Source of the DNA: a virus
Lineage: Duplodnaviria > Caudoviricetes
IMG/VR virus record: IMGVR_UViG_3300027744_000080
Location: 1-30,737 of that record
DNA length: 30,737 bases
Reading direction: 5' to 3' (one strand)
Positions within the stretch are counted from its first letter, which is position 1; each line of letters opens with the position of its first letter. A program made the position numbers and the translations under genes. The notes under the pieces are model-generated. The model saw only the letters and a list, made by a program, of their open reading frames with translations. It had not been told where the DNA came from and did no database searches. This document shows positions 1-6,137 of the stretch, in pieces.

Positions 1-2
1 AG

Positions 3-272
3 CTGGTGACCGGTCTAAACTGCCAATCTTGCGGGTCTGGTGAGATGGTGCAAGCTGCCCACACCAATTGGGGCGGTCACAAAGGCAGGGGCATAAAGGC
101 TGATGACAACCTGGTCGCTGCTTTGTGCCTCAGATGCCACTATGAGATCGACCAAGGATCAAAGTTAAGCAAAGAAGAAAGAATAGAGAAGTGGCAGAAA
201 GCCCACAGCAAGACTGTTAATTGTTTGCGATCTGTTTGGCCTGTTGACATTCCTTTACCGGCTGATCTATAA
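3..272 (+). CDS. 3' part of an HNH/His-Me finger Zn-binding nuclease-like protein (DUF1364/DUF968/Ref-like nin-region protein); 5'-truncated by the window edge
   Basis: CxxC (CQSC)...AAH...GxGIKADD...LCxxCH motif pattern; frame is open to the window start. Confidence 0.7.
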   Translation: MVTGLNCQSCGSGEMVQAAHTNWGGHKGRGIKADDNLVAALCLRCHYEIDQGSKLSKEERIEKWQKAHSKTVNCLRSVWPVDIPLPADL

Positions 273-273
273 T
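244..273 (+). promoter_or_regulatory. sigma70 promoter with perfect consensus hexamers
   Basis: TTGACA at 244-249, 18-nt spacer, TATAAT at 268-273 (overlaps the upstream stop codon); predicted TSS ~279-281. Confidence 0.8.
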
Positions 274-308
274 TTGCTTGTCAAGTGCCGACACACAAGA
301 CAGACATG

Positions 309-381
309 AGGCCATTTTCTCATGCGTTACCCTTTAGAGGGGACTGATGTGTCGGCATCAGAACGCAGTAGAAAGTGGCTT
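309..381 (+). ncRNA. c4/CI-like antisense RNA (three-way junction) with complementary target boxes upstream (286-295) and downstream (384-399)
   Basis: Closing stem 309-328/362-381 with a 2x2 internal loop; hairpin CCCT-TTAG-AGGG 330-341; hairpin CTGATG-TGTCGG-CATCAG 344-361; 348-357 is the exact reverse complement of 286-295. Confidence 0.6.
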
Positions 382-394
382 TTCTGCGTCCAGT

Positions 395-610
395 GCCGAT
401 TGCTGATGACGAAACAATGCACCAATGTCGTGGTGGCTATCGAGTGAAGCGATGCGCTTACTGACAAGCCAGCGCGAGAACTTGCTAGGGGTATCTCAGG
501 AACAAGGCAAACGTGGTGATGTGGAGCTTAGGCCATGCTTGATGGTCGCCTTGGAAATTGAACCTAGCCCTTATGGGTGCAGTAGTCGTAAAAGATGGCT
601 GAAGTCGGGG
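395..610 (+). ncRNA. putative large structured RNA / leader element
   Basis: Nested helices 396-401/603-608, 409-412/586-589, 418-423/576-581, 428-438/467-477, 447-451/455-459, 484-489/563-568, 503-508/548-553, 531-536/542-547. Confidence 0.45.
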
Positions 611-669
611 GTATCATCCGCTTGGCTTGTCCTATGGGAAATGCTAAAATTAAGCATGGGAAACTTAAA

Positions 670-1350
670 ATGATCCGTATCTTTGGTGGCTACGACCCTA
701 GGGAAGCTGTTGGCTTTCATGTGTTTTGTCAAAGCCTAATTGAGCGAACCAAAGAGCCAATAGCGATCACTCCCTTTTTTGGCAAGCAGCGGGACGGCTC
801 AAACGCCTTCATTTATCAAAGATTCCTAGTCCCGTATTTCACAGGGTTCAAGGGCAAGGCAATCTTCATGGATGCCTCAGACATGCTGATGCTGGGCGAC
901 ATAGATGAGCTAAACAAGCTATTTGACCCCACAAAGGCTGTACAGGTCGTTAAACACGACTACAAGACCCAGCACCCTAGAAAGTACATTAACACGCCTA
1001 TGGAGGCCAAGAACGAGGACTACCCAAGGAAGAACTGGTCAAGCCTGATCCTGTGGAATTGTGAGCATCCTCGGAACAATGTGTTAACCCCAGACTACAT
1101 TGATGACCACAGCGGCAGTGACTTGCATCGGTTTACCTGGCTGCCCGATTCCCTGATTGGTGAGCTGCCTAAACAATGGAATGTGCTTGTAGGAGAGCAA
1201 GACAACCCAAATGCCAAGATAGCGCACTACACTCTGGGCATACCGGAGTTTTTTCATTACAAGGACTGCGACCACAGCAAGCCTTGGCACAGCACTAAAA
1301 GCAGAATGCTTAACGGCCTCATTAACATGAAAGAGCAAGATGGCGACTGA
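670..1350 (+). CDS. GT-A fold glycosyltransferase (GT8-like)
   Basis: IFGGYDPRE, RFLVPY, AIFMDASDML (DxD-like), VQVVKHDY, YPRKNWSS, WNVLV, HYTLG motifs; ATG 670 preferred over 595 because the conserved motif starts there. Confidence 0.8.
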   Translation: MIRIFGGYDPREAVGFHVFCQSLIERTKEPIAITPFFGKQRDGSNAFIYQRFLVPYFTGFKGKAIFMDASDMLMLGDIDELNKLFDPTKAVQVVKHDYKTQHPRKYINTPMEAKNEDYPRKNWSSLILWNCEHPRNNVLTPDYIDDHSGSDLHRFTWLPDSLIGELPKQWNVLVGEQDNPNAKIAHYTLGIPEFFHYKDCDHSKPWHSTKSRMLNGLINMKEQDGD

Positions 1351-2146
1351 ACAGCAATTAGCTCAGGCGTTAAACCCATACGAGCCAAACTTTTTACAAA
1401 ACCCAACAATGGGTCAAACTCAGCCGTCTTTGCTTGGAAACACGCCAAAGTTAATCGGCTATGGGTTGCCGCAAGATTCAGGTGGTGATGCTTATTCCAA
1501 TCCAAACTCGGGTTGGTCAAACAAATCAGATGCAGAAAAAGCATCTTATTATTCTCAAAATCCATTAATGGCAGGCATAACGCAATTGGGTCAAAAAGCG
1601 GCTGGTTTTTCATCTTTGGGCATGTTGCAAAATCTTTTATATCCTAGTTTTGTAGCTCAGCAAAATGTACAAACATACGGCTACGCTCCAGAGAATTACT
1701 TTGATCCAGGTTTGGCAGTAGCTGCTGATGCAGCGGCGGTGGCGCAACAGAACAACAATGTCGCAGCCGGTTTAGCGGCGGCTGCTGACGCAGAGTCTGC
1801 GGCTGGTGGCGCTGCCAATGCTGCCACAAATGAAGCGGCTGGACTAGCGGCGGCTGCTGATGCAGAGGCGGCAGCAGGATCAACAGTAAGTAATGCCAGC
1901 GACAACAGTGCATCAAACGCTGATGGCACATCAAGTGGGATGGGAACTGAGGGCGGCGGCGATGGATGGGCCAAGGGCGGCAAGGTCACAAAAAACCGAC
2001 TCAAAGGCTCAGACCCTAAAGGCCCAGATGACGGCTACGGCGCTTTACAAGGCGGCGAATTTGTCATTAAAAAAGCAGCAGTTAGAAAATACGGCGAAGG
2101 CATGCTAGGCAAAATTAACGCAGGCAAATACACGCCAAGGAGCTGA
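1340..2146 (+). CDS. Ala/Gly-rich putative internal virion (cargo/ejection-like) protein
   Basis: Leader MATEQQLAQALNP shared with the next gene; internal AAGLAAAADAE repeats; C-terminal AKGGKV...GPDD...L.GGEFVI...AV..YG...L..IN motif typical of tape-measure/ejection protein C-termini. Confidence 0.6.
   Translation: MATEQQLAQALNPYEPNFLQNPTMGQTQPSLLGNTPKLIGYGLPQDSGGDAYSNPNSGWSNKSDAEKASYYSQNPLMAGITQLGQKAAGFSSLGMLQNLLYPSFVAQQNVQTYGYAPENYFDPGLAVAADAAAVAQQNNNVAAGLAAAADAESAAGGAANAATNEAAGLAAAADAEAAAGSTVSNASDNSASNADGTSSGMGTEGGGDGWAKGGKVTKNRLKGSDPKGPDDGYGALQGGEFVIKKAAVRKYGEGMLGKINAGKYTPRS
1763..1879 (+). repeat. in-frame imperfect direct repeat encoding AAGLAAAADAExAAG (2 copies, 72-nt period; degenerate third copy ~1706-1738)
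   Basis: gcagccggtttagcggcggctgctgacgcagag vs gcggctggactagcggcggctgctgatgcagag. Confidence 0.8.
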
Positions 2147-2147
2147 A

Positions 2148-4250
2148 ATGGCAACGGAGCAAGAACTTGCCCAAGCGTTAAACCCTGCGTTTGGCATCTA
2201 TCCCAAGGCTTTTAGGGGCAACTACGGCAATCCAGAAGATGCTGCCAATTTGCCTGTGGATGTAATGCGGGGGCGCACGGCTGGCCTGTTGGGAATGTTT
2301 GGTGATGTTGTTAACCAGCCAATTGCATTTACGCCTGTCAGGGCTGCTCAGTTAGCCATGCAAGGCGTGATGGGCCAAGACAAGTACCCTGACACAGAGC
2401 ATTTCCTTAAAACAATGCCGCTAGCGCCCACATCCAGAGCCGGTGAGGTTGCGGGTCAGGCTGCATCGTTTGTGCCGTTAAACCCAGCGCCATTGGTTAG
2501 GGCAGGGGTTGCGGGGGCTAAAGCGCTTGCGCCAACGGCTGCGCGAATGACCGAAGGCTATTTGCAGCGGCAAGGATTGATGCCTGGCGTAATGCCAGAA
2601 CAGCCGTCCCTGCTTGGCAACATAACAACCAAACCAAAAGCGGAAGTGTCGCCATTGGGCTTTTACAGCGCAGTAGAACAGCAAGCCCTTAACATTCCCC
2701 GCAAGCAGGGCAGCGGCGAGTCATTCTTAAACGATCTGGCAAAAGGCCAAGATGTTAAAAAATACGAAATGGAAACGATGGGGCTTGATGAGTTTTTGAG
2801 GGGCAAACCCAATGTAACCCGACAGGAAGTGCAAGACTACATTGCTGGCAATCGCATCAATGTGCAGGAGAGGCAGTTGGGTGGCGCTTTAAGCCCAGAA
2901 ATGCAAACAACAAGAGATGCATTAAGTGATAAATATAAAGGACTTGTTGACAATATTGCAGATGCTAAATCTCAGTTTGAAGAAGGAAAAATATCTTATG
3001 CACAGGTAAGAAATACTGTATCAAATAATCAAGTGCAAATACAAGCACTTGATACACAAATAAACGAAATAAATAAAACAATATCACCTACCAAATACGA
3101 GCGTTATCAACTGCCAGGCGGTGAGAACTATCGTGAAATTTTGTTGACTTTGCCCAACAAGCCAATGGAGGCAAGCAAAGCAGCAGAAAATTATTACACG
3201 CAATTTGTTAAGCGCGGAGGCGAGCCAGAATGGGCGCAGTTAAATTCTGTAAGACAACAAGAAATTACAAACGCAATGCCAGCGCAAGCTAGAAACGCTT
3301 CAGCAGCACCGGAATACAGGTCAAGCCACTTTGACGAACCCAACATTTTGGCCCACATGCGGGTTAATGATCGCATAGACGCTGACGGCAAAAAGATGCT
3401 GCTGATTGAGGAAGTGCAGTCGGACTGGCATCAGGCTGGGCGGGAAAGGGGCTACCAAGGAAAAGGAACACTAAAAGAATTGCCTGATAATTATTTTGTA
3501 CAAGAAATTAAAACAATTGATGGCGACACCATGTATGTTGTTAGAGACAACAACAATCCAGGCGTTGTTCTTAATAAAGATTACAACAAACAAAGTGCTA
3601 TCAATGGCGTTATAAATGAATTAAATGCAACATCTGCTGGCGGTGTCCCAGACGCCCCCTTCAAAGACACATGGCATCAACTGGCGCTGAAACGGGCGCT
3701 AAAAGAAGCGGTGGACAAGGGCTACGACAGGATTGGCCTTACAACGGGGGCGCAGCAAGCAGAGCGCTACAACCTTGCCAAGCAAGTAGATGAAGTCATT
3801 GCCAAGCGCAACCCAGATGGCTCATTTAACTTGGATGCCACTTTGGTAGGTGGTGGGACGCAGCAAAGCATTGGCAAGAATATCGCCTCTGACAAGCTGG
3901 CTGACTATGTGGGCAAAGACCTGGCTACAACTATGCAAAGCCAAACCGCTGGCACTGATGTTTATAGCGGCGATGCCTTAAAAGTTGGCGGCGAGGGCAT
4001 GAAGAAATACTACGATGAGATTTACCCTGCTTTCCTTAACAAACAAGGCAAGAAATACGGCGCACAGGTGGGTGAGACAACAATTGGTAAAAAAGGAACA
4101 ATTGAAAAAGCTGGCAAAAGTTTTTACCAAACACCAGATACAAAGGAAACAGTGCGCTACCTTGACATCACGCCAGAAATGCGTAAAGCCATTCAGGAAG
4201 GCCAGCCAATTGCTTCTATCCAAAATGAATTAGCAAAGGCTTTGGCATGA
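2148..4250 (+). CDS. 700-aa putative virion-delivered protein with a polyvalent-protein-type domain (possible divergent GNAT-like fold)
   Basis: Blocks GFYSAVE, LPGGENYREILL, SHFDEPNILAHMR, LIEEVQSDWHQ, VPDAPFK..W..LALKR, GYDRIG.TTG, GMKKYYD, which I recognise from large phage virion proteins. Confidence 0.6.
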   Translation: MATEQELAQALNPAFGIYPKAFRGNYGNPEDAANLPVDVMRGRTAGLLGMFGDVVNQPIAFTPVRAAQLAMQGVMGQDKYPDTEHFLKTMPLAPTSRAGEVAGQAASFVPLNPAPLVRAGVAGAKALAPTAARMTEGYLQRQGLMPGVMPEQPSLLGNITTKPKAEVSPLGFYSAVEQQALNIPRKQGSGESFLNDLAKGQDVKKYEMETMGLDEFLRGKPNVTRQEVQDYIAGNRINVQERQLGGALSPEMQTTRDALSDKYKGLVDNIADAKSQFEEGKISYAQVRNTVSNNQVQIQALDTQINEINKTISPTKYERYQLPGGENYREILLTLPNKPMEASKAAENYYTQFVKRGGEPEWAQLNSVRQQEITNAMPAQARNASAAPEYRSSHFDEPNILAHMRVNDRIDADGKKMLLIEEVQSDWHQAGRERGYQGKGTLKELPDNYFVQEIKTIDGDTMYVVRDNNNPGVVLNKDYNKQSAINGVINELNATSAGGVPDAPFKDTWHQLALKRALKEAVDKGYDRIGLTTGAQQAERYNLAKQVDEVIAKRNPDGSFNLDATLVGGGTQQSIGKNIASDKLADYVGKDLATTMQSQTAGTDVYSGDALKVGGEGMKKYYDEIYPAFLNKQGKKYGAQVGETTIGKKGTIEKAGKSFYQTPDTKETVRYLDITPEMRKAIQEGQPIASIQNELAKALA

Positions 4251-4564
4251 CAAAAGAATCTAAAGTAGTTAAAACTAGACCCAAGTATGGCGGGAGAACA
4301 GCGGGTGTTCCTAACAAGCTCACAGCACAGGCTAGAGAGGCCATAGCGCTGTTTGTTGACGATAACGCACCTAGACTAGCCCAGTGGCTTGATGCAGTCG
4401 CTAACGGCGATCCAGCCCATGATGTTAAGCCAAACCCAGCCAAGGCATTTGAGCTGTTTCAGTCTGTGATTGAGTACCATGTACCCAAGCTGGCAAGGAC
4501 AGAAGTTACAGGCGCAAATGACGGCCCAATTGAAATGGTGGTCACATGGGCAAACGGGAAGTAG
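4247..4564 (+). CDS. terS: probable terminase small subunit
   Basis: GGRxxGVPNK N-terminal motif, EVTGANDGPI C-terminal motif, immediately upstream of and overlapping terL. Confidence 0.65.
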   Translation: MTKESKVVKTRPKYGGRTAGVPNKLTAQAREAIALFVDDNAPRLAQWLDAVANGDPAHDVKPNPAKAFELFQSVIEYHVPKLARTEVTGANDGPIEMVVTWANGK

Positions 4565-5865
4565 TCCTTCCCTACAGTCCACGGGACGCATTCATGCCGT
4601 TCCACAACAGAACAGAGCGATGGGCTTGTTTAGTGGCTCACCGAAGGGCTGGCAAGACAGTCGCAGCCATCAACGACATCATCAAACGGGCAATCACTGA
4701 AGGCAACAGGATGGCGCAATATGCCTACATTGCCCCGTTCCGTAGCCAGGCCAAGCGGGTTGCATGGGACTATCTCAAGCATTACGCAGCTCCGATCACC
4801 AAAAACACCAACGAAGCTGATTTGCTGGTCGAGCTGGTTAACGGCTCAAAGATCATGCTGTTTGGCTCAGACAACGCTGATGCCATGCGGGGATTGGGCT
4901 TTAACGGGGTTTTCCTTGACGAATACGGCGACTTTAAGCCTAGCGTCTGGGGCAATGTCATACGGCCAACGCTGTCAGACCGGCTAGGCTGGGCAGTGTT
5001 TGGCGGCACTCCCAAGGGCAAGAACCAGTTTCACGACATTTACAGGGTCAGCCAAGCAACGCCAGGCTGGTTTCTGACCCGCCTGCCAGCCTCCATATCC
5101 AAGCTGCTGCCTGACTCTGAGCTAAAAGACGCACAGGATCAGCTAAGCCAAGACCAATACGACCAAGAATATGAGTGCAGCTTTGATGCCGCCATCCTCG
5201 GGGCTTTCTACGGCCAAGAGATGCGTTTGGCTGATGAACAGGGGCGTATTAGGGAATTACCCTTTGATCCTGAAAGCCCTGTTTTTAGTGCATGGGATTT
5301 GGGTTACAGAGATGACACGGCGGTCTGGTTTTATCAGGTGGTCAGGGGCGAGATCAGGGTTATGGATTACTACGCAGTCTCAGGCGCAAGTATTGAGGAA
5401 ATTGCTCAGGTGGTCATTGACAAGGGCTACCGCTACACCAAGCACTATTTGCCCCATGACGCAAGGGCCAAGACGCTGGCCTCGGGCGGTAAGTCAATTG
5501 TTGAGCAACTGGCGGCGCACTTGGGCGGCATGGCAAAGTTGGCAATTGTGCCTGAAATTGGGGTACAAGACGGCATTCAGGCGGTGCGGATGATCTTGCC
5601 CAACTGCTATTTTGACCCTTCTTGCGATGAGGGGCTGGAAGCACTAAGACAGTACCAAAGGGAATATGATGAGGACAAAAAGACATTTAGGCAAAATCCC
5701 CGTCATGACTGGTGCTCACATCCAGCAGATGCGTTTAGAATGTTAGCAGTGGCATATCGACAAGAGAACAAAGACGTTACGCCGCCCAAAGGCAAAACCC
5801 TGCAAACCATTACTCTCGATGAGATGTGGGACTTTGAGAACACTCACAAACAGGAGCGCATATGA
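4546..5865 (+). CDS. terL: terminase large subunit
   Basis: Walker A HRRAGKT, Walker B VFLDE, coupling motif GTPKG, nuclease WDLG..D and SH.ADAFR. Confidence 0.95.
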   Translation: MGKREVVLPYSPRDAFMPFHNRTERWACLVAHRRAGKTVAAINDIIKRAITEGNRMAQYAYIAPFRSQAKRVAWDYLKHYAAPITKNTNEADLLVELVNGSKIMLFGSDNADAMRGLGFNGVFLDEYGDFKPSVWGNVIRPTLSDRLGWAVFGGTPKGKNQFHDIYRVSQATPGWFLTRLPASISKLLPDSELKDAQDQLSQDQYDQEYECSFDAAILGAFYGQEMRLADEQGRIRELPFDPESPVFSAWDLGYRDDTAVWFYQVVRGEIRVMDYYAVSGASIEEIAQVVIDKGYRYTKHYLPHDARAKTLASGGKSIVEQLAAHLGGMAKLAIVPEIGVQDGIQAVRMILPNCYFDPSCDEGLEALRQYQREYDEDKKTFRQNPRHDWCSHPADAFRMLAVAYRQENKDVTPPKGKTLQTITLDEMWDFENTHKQERI

Positions 5866-6137
5866 GCCAGCCAGTAGCAGAAGTCGGTGCATACAAAAAC
5901 ATGACCGCAACAGGCGATGTAACCACAGGCCCATGCCAGCTTCTTGGGTTTTACGTCAACAGCACCAGCTCAGGCACTGTGGTGCTTAAAGACGGAGGCT
6001 CAAGCGGCACAGTCATTTGTGGCACGATCACGCCAGCCATAGGCTTTCACCGATTCCCAGCGACTGTAGGCACAAGCCTGCATTTCACTGAGGGCGGCAC
6101 AATGGATATAACCTTCTTCTTTGCCGCTGGCTTCTAA
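5862..6137 (+). CDS. small beta-rich hypothetical (likely virion) protein
   Basis: ATGA overlap with terL and TAATG overlap with portal; GGAG RBS. Confidence 0.7.
   Translation: MSQPVAEVGAYKNMTATGDVTTGPCQLLGFYVNSTSSGTVVLKDGGSSGTVICGTITPAIGFHRFPATVGTSLHFTEGGTMDITFFFAAGF

Noticed and set aside
309-381. tRNA gene
   Set aside because: Cloverleaf-like but has only two internal arms, with no TTC T-loop, anticodon arm or CCA
595-669. N-terminal extension of the glycosyltransferase
   Set aside because: The family motif begins at ATG 670; the extension overlaps the structured leader
425-673. 82-aa ORF in the leader
   Set aside because: No RBS or recognisable motif; the region is better explained by RNA structure, though not formally excluded
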